From a virus (taxonomy: Duplodnaviria; Heunggongvirae; Uroviricota; Caudoviricetes), in IMG/VR virus record IMGVR_UViG_3300033153_012477, positions 119,437-183,436 of that record: DNA of 64,000 nt. The stretch is one strand, 5' to 3'. Positions 7,737 through 18,640 of this stretch are shown in pieces (position 1 is the stretch's first letter; every line of letters starts with the position of its first letter). The notes under the pieces were generated by a model that saw only the letters and a program-made list of their open reading frames with translations, had not been told where the DNA came from and did no database searches. The translations under genes were made by a program, and so were the position numbers.

Positions 7737-10646
7737 TTATTTACTGTGTTTTTTAATTAAAGGTCTGCCTTTAATTTTAAACATATCAAAACTATTATTA
7801 ACTTCAGTACTATCAAAGTTTGTTATTCTGTTTGTACCAGTGTTAACCAAATAGTTAGTTTCTACTTTAAGAGCTACTTCTCCAGTTTGGAAGTTTCCAG
7901 TTCCGTCTTGCTGAACCATTTCAATCATAGGAGACACAACTAATTTGTGTATACCCATCTCTCCGTCTTCAGCAACAGAAGTGAATCGACCGCCTTTGAA
8001 TGTACCTCTTTTTTGAATAACTCCCTCATTAGTCATGCCATTTAGTTGACCCGCTTTATAAGGAGTTGTGTGTACTGAATCAATTGTATAACTACCTCCG
8101 AGAATAGGTTTCTCAGTGTGAACTGTTCCAGTAAACTCACCATCTATACCATCCTTTAAAGGAAGAAGTGGTATTGAATTTTCATATTTTCTAGGAAGAA
8201 GTTCAGCAGTGTTTGCAGCACCTGTTCCGTTTGTCATTATTCTCAACTTATTATCATGATGTAAAATCTTACTGTCGATAAAGGAACCTGCAGAGGCACC
8301 AAAGTTAGTCCTTCCAGTTATTCCTTTGTACTCTTTGTAGTTGTAGTAGATATCAATGTTATCACCAGCTATTATAGTTTTTTTAGACAGAAGAGCTATT
8401 CTAATAACAGATGCAGAAGAAACTGGACCAAGTGGAAATGTAAGTGAGATCAAGCTTGTTTCAGGATCTATAAATACATTTACGAATTGTCGGTAGTTAT
8501 CAACATAACACGTAGTTTGGTAACTTCCAGAGAAAAATTCTCTTTGAGCACCAAGTATTAGCTCATCAGGATCTTTGTTGAAAAGACAATCCTTTAAAAC
8601 AACCGTAGTATCCCCATTACCGTTTATCTCATACCAGTCAACTTTACCGAGGTCTTCAATAGTTTGAGTTCTTTCATCATATTCAAGAATACCACCAGAT
8701 ACAACCACATCAAATCTAATCGCTCTTCCTGCAGATATTGTGTAAGGTAGAGTAACATCAACACTGTAGTTGCTATTGTTACGAACAACACTTACAAAAT
8801 CCATAAACGTAGGAGTAAGGTTATCCACATCATAAGCAGCTAGTACATACTCTGCATCTTGTGGGTTTATTAATGATCCAGGAATAGTGTAATCTTGTGT
8901 TCCGTTCCCTTCCATAAAGTATGAAATTAAAGTTCCAACTCCGTAGTAGTTTCTTCCACTTTGAATACTATAAGTGAAACCATAATCTTCATTTCCTAAA
9001 GTTTCTCTAATAGGAACCCTAACTTCTCTTCTATATGGGAAAACAGGAGAATTGATAAAGTCATTATCATTCACACTCAGCATTCCCCAATCTTTATTAT
9101 TATCTACATCGTGTACTCTTAGAATATCTGTAACTGGTTTTGTAAGCTTATTCCCTTTCTGTGGGTAGTCTACTTCAAAAGTCACATAGATGTTTTCGTT
9201 AGTTAGGTCAACAGAAGAGTTATCACCTAGAGTGTATGTTTCAGCTCCAGTTCCTCCACCAGAAAAAGTTCCAGTAACTGTTCTAATTGTTTCTACAGTC
9301 CCTGCTACATGCTTAAATCTCACTATAGTGGAAGCGGTACCGATTAGTGTACCTGTTGGGGATGGGCTTTGTACTTCTAATCCAATAACATCTGATGAAG
9401 TCCAATCGCTTCCAGCAGCTCCAACTACTTTATCATCAATTGTGTATTTTTGAGATACTTTTTTACTTGCAGCAACATCACTATAATATCTTTGCTGACC
9501 ATTAGGTTGAGTTAGTAAGTTTGTACCCGCTCCTGTGGAATCAGAAATCTTATTTACATAAAAACCAAGGTTAGTTCTCTTTAAGTTGTTCTCTAATTCT
9601 GATCTCTGTAAAGTTGTTTTCAACTCTCCTGATAACAATTCATCAAAAGAAGATTCTAGCAACGCCTTGTAATTGAATTTATCAAAACTGACAGCGTGTC
9701 TCAAATCTTCTAAATCTAATTGATGTACTTGGTCATAAAATAAACCATCAGGACGATCCGAAGCAACATCATCTATTAATGCAAATTCAGCACCGTTTTG
9801 ATTAATTATACTGAAAGCAGTTTTATTACGTCTCTGCACTCTCATCATAGGAATAGCATAAACATAACCGTCTACTGTTTTAAGAATACTTTTTGAAGAC
9901 TCTGAACCGTCTCCAGCAATATAGAGTCCACTGTCGTCTAACATTTCTCCAGCATTAACAAAGTTATATTCGGATACGTCTTCAGTTCCGCCTATAGCGA
10001 AAACATTATTTAAATCACTAACACCTTCTGGGTGTCCCTCAAAGTCCACACTATCTACGACTCTGATTCTATATTGAATTTGTGTTCTTGTGGTAGTTTC
10101 AAAACCAACGGAACCATTTACGATTTCGTCTTCCAGGTTTGTTCCACCATACACAGTGTTTCCAAATTTCCAAACTTTATCAACGTCAGGCTTGCCTTCC
10201 ATTGTATTTGAAGAAACCGCTGCTTTCCAAACTTCTAGAAAGACTAAGTCTTCCCTATTGTTCACAGCAGGGTTTAAAACAATTTTATTAGCAAAGTCTT
10301 CTCCATCTAGAGCCGTTCCTCCGATTTGGAGAATCCATCCATTTACCACAGCTAAAGTAGGGGTATTTTTTCTGCTGTAGAGATAGAATGTATCTGATTC
10401 CAGTGTTGTATTTATACCATAAGATTCATAAGCTTCATCAAAACCTATCTCAAAATCGGCATCTAACCAACCTGAAGGAACTTTGCTTCTTATAGCGTCT
10501 TGCAGCCTAGCAGAATTAAGATCTGCTCCTAAATTTAGTTCTGAGTCTAACACTGGTTTAGTGGGATGGAAGATAACACCATCAAGGCTTCTGTTCTCTA
10601 CGCCCAAAGTCTCTGATGTGTTAACATGTTTGCTATTCTTTGACAT
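7737..10646 (-). CDS. virion structural protein (baseplate/fibre anchor, DUF6519-like N-terminus), paralogue 1
   Basis: 969 aa; RSLDGVIFHPTKPVLDSELN, REDLVFLEVW, GLYIAGDGS, TVDGYVYAIP, RPDGLFYD shared with 10780-13863. Confidence 0.7.
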   Translation of the reverse strand: MSKNSKHVNTSETLGVENRSLDGVIFHPTKPVLDSELNLGADLNSARLQDAIRSKVPSGWLDADFEIGFDEAYESYGINTTLESDTFYLYSRKNTPTLAVVNGWILQIGGTALDGEDFANKIVLNPAVNNREDLVFLEVWKAAVSSNTMEGKPDVDKVWKFGNTVYGGTNLEDEIVNGSVGFETTTRTQIQYRIRVVDSVDFEGHPEGVSDLNNVFAIGGTEDVSEYNFVNAGEMLDDSGLYIAGDGSESSKSILKTVDGYVYAIPMMRVQRRNKTAFSIINQNGAEFALIDDVASDRPDGLFYDQVHQLDLEDLRHAVSFDKFNYKALLESSFDELLSGELKTTLQRSELENNLKRTNLGFYVNKISDSTGAGTNLLTQPNGQQRYYSDVAASKKVSQKYTIDDKVVGAAGSDWTSSDVIGLEVQSPSPTGTLIGTASTIVRFKHVAGTVETIRTVTGTFSGGGTGAETYTLGDNSSVDLTNENIYVTFEVDYPQKGNKLTKPVTDILRVHDVDNNKDWGMLSVNDNDFINSPVFPYRREVRVPIRETLGNEDYGFTYSIQSGRNYYGVGTLISYFMEGNGTQDYTIPGSLINPQDAEYVLAAYDVDNLTPTFMDFVSVVRNNSNYSVDVTLPYTISAGRAIRFDVVVSGGILEYDERTQTIEDLGKVDWYEINGNGDTTVVLKDCLFNKDPDELILGAQREFFSGSYQTTCYVDNYRQFVNVFIDPETSLISLTFPLGPVSSASVIRIALLSKKTIIAGDNIDIYYNYKEYKGITGRTNFGASAGSFIDSKILHHDNKLRIMTNGTGAANTAELLPRKYENSIPLLPLKDGIDGEFTGTVHTEKPILGGSYTIDSVHTTPYKAGQLNGMTNEGVIQKRGTFKGGRFTSVAEDGEMGIHKLVVSPMIEMVQQDGTGNFQTGEVALKVETNYLVNTGTNRITNFDSTEVNNSFDMFKIKGRPLIKKHSK

Positions 10647-10779
10647 CTCTAGCCCCTATCATAATTATGTATTCTTTAAAATTTACAAGCTTCATATTCA
10701 TCTAATATTAATAGAAAATTCTAAAATACTATCTAGATATATCTACTTTTTTCAATGGTTTATAAGTAATCAAGGACAC

Positions 10780-13700
10780 CTAAGACCCTTGCTCATCAGA
10801 CTCACTAGCATTTATTAAAGGTCTGTACTTTAAAGGAAACAGGTCTACAGCACCGTAGATCTTCCCTCCTAACTGCTGAGTTAATTGAATGCTACTCAGA
10901 TTGTTATTCAGCTCTATCTCTTTACCTAGACCTAAAGCATCTTCTACGTAGATACCTTTTTGCTCTAAATACTCATCCTCAGGAGACTCTGTTTCATTGT
11001 ATTTTGTTGAAGTTGTTGTGATAATCATTAAAAATAGCTCACCTTTTAACTCACCCATACCCTCTACAACTGCTGTCCACTGGTTTAAATGGTTAAAAGC
11101 TTCTTCAAAATCAACACCTCTTTCAGAGATTTTAGGAGAATCTAGGATAACTCCTCTAAGCATATTAGTCTCATCGTCCTCATTTCCTAAAACCAGATCA
11201 AGTACTTGACCTTCTCTTAAATATGTCTCCCCTGCAACGGTGGAAACTAGGTCCCTTCCTGGAATCCTTCTAAAGCTTGATTCTCCTCCAGCAAGAGGAC
11301 TTTTCACATTCTCCCCAAAGAAGTTATACTCTAGAATTTTATTATTTATTGGCAAAGTCTCAATCATACCTAGTAATTCCTGAGGAACTATTTGACTCTC
11401 AGAGCCAGTACCTGCAGTACAGACCATTACCTTATCATCCATTTTTAATATTTTAACTTTTTGAACTTCATCTTCACCCAAACGCACTTGAGCAATACCC
11501 GAATAAGGGATATACTGGTATTGGAAGTAAAACTGATCAGAAGTTTCAGGGTTATAATATCCTAAAAGTGGTATTACAATTTGACCTGAAACTGCGGAAG
11601 GTTCTGATAAAGTATACTTTATTAAAGCCGACCCCAATCCTTCAATGGTGTCAATAAAAACCATTTTACTATTCACAAAAGCTATATGCTTATACTGAGA
11701 ACCGTCAAAAAATCCCGCTGTTGCTAAAGATCCATCACATAGAACATTTTTAGCTTTAAGATTCATAATGCCTTCAGTATCTCCCAACTGAATTGAATCA
11801 GAGAAGTTATAAACTTTTGCTACATTTTCAATACCTCTGTTATGAGGAATATAATCAAATGTGTAGCCACCACAAAGAACTGTGTATTCTAGGATATCCC
11901 CAGTATTGACCGTAAGTCCTGTAACTCTGTAACCATTACTTTGCTTTTCTATAGAAGGAGTTAGATACTGAAACGAAGTAGCGTTATAAACGCTTAAAAT
12001 TCCAAAAACACTTCTTTCGTACAGAGTGGATTCAATAAAATCTTCAGTGTCACCCGTACTCAAGACATAATACTTAAGCTCTAAGGTAGCACCTTTATAT
12101 ATTTCTTTGAAAGTATTTGCAGGGTTTGTTGCAGATTCAAAACGACTTATAGATCTAGCTATAGCGTTATCTTTAAAACTTCCAACAACTCTAGGTCCTC
12201 TTGTTGAGGCACTTTGAGAACTAAAGAAAGGTTCCAAGGGAACGTTTCTTTCGTTGTCTGTGTAAAGGTTAAAATCTAAAGGTTTACCGTCTTTGTCATT
12301 GTATCCTATTAACATATTTTGTATATTAAATGTGAAACCACCCTTACTTCCTGTAAGACCGCCACCTTCTCTAGCAACAAAAATAAATTCAAAAACAACT
12401 TTTTTGTTCTCTATTAGAGTAATATCTGTGGGAGTGTAAGTGATCTTATTTTTATTACCTGTGAGATAGTTCCAAGTTCTTTTTTCTCCGAGACCTTCCC
12501 AAGTCCCTCCAGAAATAGTGGAAATAGTATTAGTTGCCTCATCAAAAACCTTAACAACAGGCTCTATTTCAGAGATATAAAAAATATCTTCATCCCACAA
12601 CTCATACTCACATCCAGTGCTATATCCATAAGGTACAAACCAAACTCTACCGCCACTCATCTGCGGGCTACTCTTATAAAAAGAGTGTAGCTGAGTATCT
12701 TCCGCTTCAGAAAAGACCCTTTTCACTCCATCGGGGTTTCTACCCTCATCATCAATGCCAGGTCTATCTGTTACAGAAATTCCATCAATTTGAATTAAAA
12801 CATTACCAGATAGATTTTCGTCTAAAGGGCTATACTTTAATTCACTGTCTAAAGTTCTATTCCAAACATTATAGATATTTTCTTCAAGAAGTTGATTGTA
12901 ATCAAACCCGTTCAAACTTACTTTATGTCGGAGGTCTTCTACATCATTACTAGATATTTCATCATAATAAAAACCATCTGGTCTTTCACTTATCTCTCCA
13001 GAAAGAAGAGATTTACTAGCACCATTTTGATTTTGTAGAGTATATTCCTCTCTATTTCTTCGGTGTATTCTAGCTATAGGTACTGCATAAACAAACCCAT
13101 CGACTGTTTCTAAATCTAATTGAGATTGATAGCTTCCATCCCCAGCTACCCATAAGCCAGGATCGGTGTCATGAGGTCTAAAAGAGTAAGCTGTGTTTTC
13201 CTCACCTAAAGCTCCTTTAACAAAACAAGCTGGATGCCCTAAACCATTTCTGTAACTTACAAAGTCAACACCTTTGACCCATCTAATTCTATATTTAAGT
13301 TGAACTCTTTTTGACGTTTCAATTTCTATGTTAGGATCAATTAAGTCATTCTCATTATTTTCAAGAGCACTTTGAACAAAACCGTACTGAGGAACAACGT
13401 CATCAGTCTCTACTAGTTTTTGCCATACTTCTAAAAATACTAAATCTTCTCGATATCCAACGTGTGGAGAGGATTCACCAATTATTGCAATTTCTTCTTC
13501 AATACCTGATAATTCTTCCCATATATTTTTCTGAGCATTAGGTTGAAACTGATTAGTTCCACCTCTAATACACATGTACCACCCATTAATTATAGCACAA
13601 GGGTTATTGATAATAAAAGTATCTACCCAACTAGAAGTCAATTCTTCTCTATCCGCAGGAGCAGTTTTTATATCATTAAGTTTTAAAAAACCTGAGGGGG

Positions 13701-13863
13701 TAGTCTTTTTTAAAGCTTGAGAGTGTTTAAAATTGTGTATTTCTTGAACTAGATTCCACTCACTATCTAAGGGTGGTCTTTTTTGTTGAAAAACCACACT
13801 TGAAAAGTTTCTTTTTTCTTGTTCTAATACTCTTGATACGTAAGGTCCTAGATTCTTAGCCAT
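10780..13863 (-). CDS. virion structural protein (baseplate/fibre anchor, DUF6519-like N-terminus), paralogue 2
   Basis: 1027 aa; RNFSSVVFQQKRPPLDSEWNLVQEI; aligns by eye with 7737-10646 at both ends. Confidence 0.7.
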   Translation of the reverse strand: MAKNLGPYVSRVLEQEKRNFSSVVFQQKRPPLDSEWNLVQEIHNFKHSQALKKTTPSGFLKLNDIKTAPADREELTSSWVDTFIINNPCAIINGWYMCIRGGTNQFQPNAQKNIWEELSGIEEEIAIIGESSPHVGYREDLVFLEVWQKLVETDDVVPQYGFVQSALENNENDLIDPNIEIETSKRVQLKYRIRWVKGVDFVSYRNGLGHPACFVKGALGEENTAYSFRPHDTDPGLWVAGDGSYQSQLDLETVDGFVYAVPIARIHRRNREEYTLQNQNGASKSLLSGEISERPDGFYYDEISSNDVEDLRHKVSLNGFDYNQLLEENIYNVWNRTLDSELKYSPLDENLSGNVLIQIDGISVTDRPGIDDEGRNPDGVKRVFSEAEDTQLHSFYKSSPQMSGGRVWFVPYGYSTGCEYELWDEDIFYISEIEPVVKVFDEATNTISTISGGTWEGLGEKRTWNYLTGNKNKITYTPTDITLIENKKVVFEFIFVAREGGGLTGSKGGFTFNIQNMLIGYNDKDGKPLDFNLYTDNERNVPLEPFFSSQSASTRGPRVVGSFKDNAIARSISRFESATNPANTFKEIYKGATLELKYYVLSTGDTEDFIESTLYERSVFGILSVYNATSFQYLTPSIEKQSNGYRVTGLTVNTGDILEYTVLCGGYTFDYIPHNRGIENVAKVYNFSDSIQLGDTEGIMNLKAKNVLCDGSLATAGFFDGSQYKHIAFVNSKMVFIDTIEGLGSALIKYTLSEPSAVSGQIVIPLLGYYNPETSDQFYFQYQYIPYSGIAQVRLGEDEVQKVKILKMDDKVMVCTAGTGSESQIVPQELLGMIETLPINNKILEYNFFGENVKSPLAGGESSFRRIPGRDLVSTVAGETYLREGQVLDLVLGNEDDETNMLRGVILDSPKISERGVDFEEAFNHLNQWTAVVEGMGELKGELFLMIITTTSTKYNETESPEDEYLEQKGIYVEDALGLGKEIELNNNLSSIQLTQQLGGKIYGAVDLFPLKYRPLINASESDEQGS

Positions 13864-13934
13864 TATATAACTTCCTCATCTCATGTTTCTATTGAAATAC
13901 ACCAATGACTTAATATAAATAGTTTATTACTACT

Positions 13935-16769
13935 CTACAGCTCATAAGCAATTAGCTTAACATTGCTGATATCTAATAAACCATTCACGCTAGAAGCTTC
14001 AGCATAGATATTATAGTTATAGACACCTGCTGCTGCATTATCTAGAAATTCAATACAACTTGGAGAAAACGTAAGCCCTTTACTAGCGTCATTGACATAT
14101 TTTTGTTCTAACTCAAACACAGCTATTTCAGTAGCATCTCTATGAACATAGATTTTACCAGTAATGTAAAAGTCAGCACCAGTTTGACTCAATTCTAGTT
14201 TTCCTGGAGTTCCTATTCCACCTGATGATCCAGGTAGTAGTTGTAATCTCACAGGTCTTCCTGTAGTCGTTAAGTCTACATCTAAGTTTGTTATTGCTAC
14301 TTTAGAAGTCACAGATTGAGAGACGGCTGCACTAACTGCAATATCTCCTGGTCCTGCTACAGAAGAAGACATATCCTTGTCATCTTTTGCTCCCATGTCA
14401 CCAATATGAATCATTGCTGGGTTAGTCGCCCATGTTCCTGCAGTTACTTGAGTAGACTCAAAGTAACCTACGCTTACAATAGCTACGTTAGCTCTCGCAC
14501 TCTCACTATAAACGGTTTCAACATTTCCTGCTGCAGCACTTAGAGCGGTTGTAGATACTATAGTATCATCTTTATGATATTTTTGAGATACGGCTAATTC
14601 TAAATTTCCGCCGTAATCTACCAAGTAAACATATATTCTACTCTTCAACCCACTTGAAGTTCCGAGAGTAGCTCCAACATCTACAGTAAGTAATTGAGCT
14701 GCACTTGCTCTACGGAAATACCAGTTACCATTTGTAAGGGTTGGGTTTCTATAAGCAACTCTAACAGGAGAACCGCTTGTAGGATCACTTCCAGATTGAT
14801 CTTTTAATCTAACTTCGATAGTGTTTAAATTAGCAAAAGCAGTAAAACCTACATTTTCTATTAGATGTCTATTTTTATTTTCACCTAAAACATTCCAATC
14901 TGCTCCATTAGACATTTCTAAGTGTTTAAAGGTGCTGTTCCAGAACCCTCTGCCTTCTTGTCCAATTGCTGACGGTTCGGAACCGTCAGAGTAAGTTTCA
15001 TATTTAAAACTTAACTGAGCAAGAGCTGTTGCAAGAGTTCCCTCAGCAGTACCGTCGTCGCCTTCCACTGCTTGTAGTACATAATCAGCACCTCTGTGAA
15101 ATTTTACATTTTGAGAGTCAGTAGCATCAGTTCCGACATGCAAACTTTTAACATTTAGCTGAGTCTTATTTGCAGAAGGAGTTCCTTCTGCGGTAGTGTC
15201 ATTACCTGCAACCACTTCAAGAATACCGTTCCCTCCTCTATGGAGCTTGGCATTTTGAGATGAGATAGCACTTTGACCTACTGATAATCCTTTAACATTA
15301 ATATTTCTTCTTCCTGAAGAAGACATAGCTCCGTCAGCCACTCCATCATCAGCAGCGACAACCTCCAGCTCTACTTCATCAGTAGCATATCCTGTGTTTA
15401 AATATCTGTGTAACTTTGAGTTTTCACCAAGGTCAGTATCCTTACCAACAACTAAACTTTCTACATTTACTTTAGCTCTGCTTGTGGGATAAGATGTTCC
15501 ATCAGAAGTAGCTACATTAGAGCTTCCTGTTAGGAATTCAACTTCCTCATTTCCATTTCTGTGAATTTTAACATTATTAGCAAGCGTAGTTCCGTCAGAT
15601 CCGATCATTACATCTTTAGCATTCAATTGAGCCTTGTTAGGGGATCTAATTGCGTCTGCTGTAGCATCGTCGGCTTCTACAACTTCCATTTCGTGGTTAT
15701 TCCCACGATGTAATTTAACATTGTTAGCGTGAGTAGCATCTCCGTCGCTACCTACTGAGAGTTTTTTAACATTAAGCTGTGCTTTGCTAGATGAACGTGT
15801 TCCGTCCGTTTCTGCACTAGAGCCGCTTCCGTCCACAACTTCTAATTCCTTAGAAGCCCCTCTGTGAAATTTTGCATTGTTTGCTAAAGTTGCGTTTGAG
15901 CCAACCATAACACTATTTACATTTACTTGAGCCTTATTTGCTGACCTGCTATCTTCCGTAGTGGTGTCGTCACCTTTAACTACTTCGAGTTCATTTGTTT
16001 GCCCTCGGTGTAGTCTTAAGTTGTTGGATTCTGTACCACTAGCTCCTATCAAAGCACTCTTACAGTTTATTTGAGAACGGTAAAGAGGATTTCTAACACC
16101 GTCGGTAGTAGCACTGTCTTCAGAACTAAATTCTAATTCCTGAGAACCACTTCTAAAAATCTTTCCACCAGTCCCATTAGCTCCAGAACCGACAGATACG
16201 CTTTTTGCAAAGATACCTGCTTTAACACCTACAGCTTCAGACCCGTCTGCGGTAATGTTATCTCCTTCTACAAATTCCAACATTCCAGCAGCACCTCGGT
16301 GAAGCTTGACATTTTCAGAAGATGTTGTTGAAGCTCCTACTGTGGCACTTCCTAATTTGACATCAGTTCTTCTAGAAAATGATTCAACACCTTCCGAGGA
16401 ACCTTCATCAGCGGTGACTATTTCTAGATCACCTGGACCGCCTCTTCTCAACTTTATATTATTTGAAGTTGTGGCACTTGTTCCTATAATTGATTCAGAA
16501 GCAGTTACCTCATTAACGGCAATACCTTTCATTCCAAGGTTAGCTAGATTAGCTGGAGGAACAGGTGTTCCCTCTGCGGTAGTATCACTTCCTATTACTA
16601 TTTCTAATTTATCAGTAGCGGCTCTGTGTAGTTTAACGTTGTCAGCATCACTGTTGTTAGAACCTATAATGATTCCTCCGTGATTGGATACCTTTGCTCG
16701 TTTAGTACCAGAAGGTGCTAACTCAATATCTGAATTTAAATCAGGACTTTCTATTCTTCTGTTACTCAT
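13935..16769 (-). CDS. long tail fibre with 11 tandem ~48-aa repeats and a C-terminal tail-type domain
   Basis: Repeats N-x-K-L-H-R-G..LEVV.GDD.TAEG..S..KAQLNVK...VG at ~15005-16645; C-terminal DPTSGSPVRVAYR...GATLGT..SRIYVYLVD.GG.LELAVS...TQVTAGTWAT resembles phage tail-fibre domains. Confidence 0.75.
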   Translation of the reverse strand: MSNRRIESPDLNSDIELAPSGTKRAKVSNHGGIIIGSNNSDADNVKLHRAATDKLEIVIGSDTTAEGTPVPPANLANLGMKGIAVNEVTASESIIGTSATTSNNIKLRRGGPGDLEIVTADEGSSEGVESFSRRTDVKLGSATVGASTTSSENVKLHRGAAGMLEFVEGDNITADGSEAVGVKAGIFAKSVSVGSGANGTGGKIFRSGSQELEFSSEDSATTDGVRNPLYRSQINCKSALIGASGTESNNLRLHRGQTNELEVVKGDDTTTEDSRSANKAQVNVNSVMVGSNATLANNAKFHRGASKELEVVDGSGSSAETDGTRSSSKAQLNVKKLSVGSDGDATHANNVKLHRGNNHEMEVVEADDATADAIRSPNKAQLNAKDVMIGSDGTTLANNVKIHRNGNEEVEFLTGSSNVATSDGTSYPTSRAKVNVESLVVGKDTDLGENSKLHRYLNTGYATDEVELEVVAADDGVADGAMSSSGRRNINVKGLSVGQSAISSQNAKLHRGGNGILEVVAGNDTTAEGTPSANKTQLNVKSLHVGTDATDSQNVKFHRGADYVLQAVEGDDGTAEGTLATALAQLSFKYETYSDGSEPSAIGQEGRGFWNSTFKHLEMSNGADWNVLGENKNRHLIENVGFTAFANLNTIEVRLKDQSGSDPTSGSPVRVAYRNPTLTNGNWYFRRASAAQLLTVDVGATLGTSSGLKSRIYVYLVDYGGNLELAVSQKYHKDDTIVSTTALSAAAGNVETVYSESARANVAIVSVGYFESTQVTAGTWATNPAMIHIGDMGAKDDKDMSSSVAGPGDIAVSAAVSQSVTSKVAITNLDVDLTTTGRPVRLQLLPGSSGGIGTPGKLELSQTGADFYITGKIYVHRDATEIAVFELEQKYVNDASKGLTFSPSCIEFLDNAAAGVYNYNIYAEASSVNGLLDISNVKLIAYEL

Positions 16770-16786
16770 TTAATCTCTCCTATATA

Positions 16787-17662
16787 TTAAGCGTAATCAG
16801 CCACAGTTGAAAAATTTGCGGTAAATACATTAAACCCACTGACATAAACCTTGTCGCCAGTTGTTCCAGAATAACTTGAAATCTGAATATATGGTTTAAC
16901 AAACCTTGTTCCAATAGCTAGATTATCCGAGGACCCGCCTTCATTCTTTGCTCTTCCTTGGCTTAAAGCCCAAGAAGTAGTGACTGCCCCACTTGCTTCT
17001 ATAAAAGGCTTGTTCGTTGTCAAGTCGTTTTTATTAGCATCAAAACAATAAGCTCCAGCATTTATTGTTGCGGTTCCTAAAGCTTTTTTATACCTAACAA
17101 AACCACCTACTCCTGTATAAGGCATTACAGGTAAAAAATCTTTCAAGCGATATACGCAATCGCCGTCAAAAGCAAATCTACCATAACCCATGCCTGTGTC
17201 CGCAGACGCTTCATAAGTCATATTTCCAGTTCCAGACAGTCTTTCCCATCTAGATAAAAAGTAACCTATATCTGAAGGATCCATCATAAAAAAATCATTT
17301 ATCTGTCTATATCCCAAATCTGTTCTTACTCTATCTGAGATAACAGAGGCTAAAATGTATGTTCCTAAATTTACAAATTTAAAAACAGTGCTTTGAGAAC
17401 CACCTACTTCATTCAGAGCTTCTCCTTTTTCCCACCTCAAATTTAATCCCGAAGGAGCAAAGTCTGCAGTAATAACACCTGAAATAACGTTATCTAAAAC
17501 AACTATAATTTCTTGACCAATACTTTCATTAGCAAAAGTGAAGGACATATTTGCTCCAACACTTCTATTAAATATAGGACCCCCCAGCCAATCTATCGCT
17601 GTAGTAGCACTTATATCAGTGATTGGTTGTTGTGTTCTTGATGATGTCCCTAAAATAGGCAT
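16787..17662 (-). CDS. tail fibre-associated/adhesin protein
   Basis: N-terminal IDWLGGPIFNRSVGANMSFTFAN...IIVVLDN...LRW...TVFKF pattern typical of small fibre modules; C-terminal beta-sandwich (carbohydrate-binding-like). Confidence 0.55.
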   Translation of the reverse strand: MPILGTSSRTQQPITDISATTAIDWLGGPIFNRSVGANMSFTFANESIGQEIIVVLDNVISGVITADFAPSGLNLRWEKGEALNEVGGSQSTVFKFVNLGTYILASVISDRVRTDLGYRQINDFFMMDPSDIGYFLSRWERLSGTGNMTYEASADTGMGYGRFAFDGDCVYRLKDFLPVMPYTGVGGFVRYKKALGTATINAGAYCFDANKNDLTTNKPFIEASGAVTTSWALSQGRAKNEGGSSDNLAIGTRFVKPYIQISSYSGTTGDKVYVSGFNVFTANFSTVADYA

Positions 17663-17677
17663 ATTCTTCTCCTAACC

Positions 17678-18331
17678 TTAAACTTCTTGTAGTATTGTAA
17701 TCAAGTTGTTAGTTCCACTATCTGTAAAAACACTAGTGGAGTCAGCCCAACAGTCTGTTACAATAACGTTGTTACAACTGGCTTGAACTGTTATATCTTG
17801 ACCAAATTTTAAATTTTTTATTAAACTTTTACTTGCCGTTGAAGCCATTACAAAGTTATCTGATATTTCAGAACCGTTTCCTTTGCCAATTATTGTGACT
17901 CTTTTATTAAGAGTTATTGTAGATCCTTCTGTTATAGGAGAATCAAGTTCTAATACATAGATCATGTTTCCTTCATAAGCATCTGCTATTGCTGCAGACA
18001 AAGTCGTGTGAGTAGCAGTGCCTGCAGAAACTTGAGTAGCTGATCCAACAATTAATTCTCCAGAAGCAATCATAGTGACAAAAGCTAAGTCAGCATAAGG
18101 AGCACTACTTCCGTCTGGTGAATTGTCGGTTTCTTTTACAAATTGTAATCCAGAAGCACCTCGATGAAGTTTAATATTTTCATCAAGAGATCCTACAGAA
18201 CCTTTTCCTGCAGCACCTACTACAAAACCCGATTCGGGTGTAAAAGCTCCTGAACGTCTAACTTCTCCCGCAGAGTTTTTAGCGTAGACTTCAACATTTT
18301 TATTCTTTTTTGTTTCTGTTAATCCAGCCAT
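17678..18331 (-). CDS. short fibre protein: one KLHRG repeat plus beta-helix cap
   Basis: ENIKLHRGASGLQFV..YADL followed by HTTLSAAIADA.EG..IYVL...ITLNKRVTIIGKG (pectin-lyase-like beta-helix start). Confidence 0.6.
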   Translation of the reverse strand: MAGLTETKKNKNVEVYAKNSAGEVRRSGAFTPESGFVVGAAGKGSVGSLDENIKLHRGASGLQFVKETDNSPDGSSAPYADLAFVTMIASGELIVGSATQVSAGTATHTTLSAAIADAYEGNMIYVLELDSPITEGSTITLNKRVTIIGKGNGSEISDNFVMASTASKSLIKNLKFGQDITVQASCNNVIVTDCWADSTSVFTDSGTNNLITILQEV

Positions 18332-18377
18332 TTATATATCCCTATCTAATTAAATAAGTCCTAGTATAAGTAAGTTA

Positions 18378-18617
18378 TCAGTTCGTTTTTATATCCTGAT
18401 TAGCTTCTTTCTCCATATTTTGCTTTATCAATAAAAAGCGTTCATTAGAAAACTTAAACAAAGTTCCTGTAATTGGAATCTCTATCCTAGTCTCATCTTC
18501 AAGAATAAAGAACCTTGTAGGCACAGGAGTATCGGGCATTATCCCGTCTCCTTTTACTTTCTTAACTGTTTTCCAAAACCAATCTTTCTCTGTCTTAAAT
18601 TTCACTGTGTAAGTCAT
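18378..18617 (-). CDS. small hypothetical protein (possible fibre chaperone)
   Basis: 79 aa between fibre genes, AGGAG RBS; function inferred from position only. Confidence 0.55.
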   Translation of the reverse strand: MTYTVKFKTEKDWFWKTVKKVKGDGIMPDTPVPTRFFILEDETRIEIPITGTLFKFSNERFLLIKQNMEKEANQDIKTN

Positions 18618-18640
18618 ATCAATCTCCTAAAATCGCTATA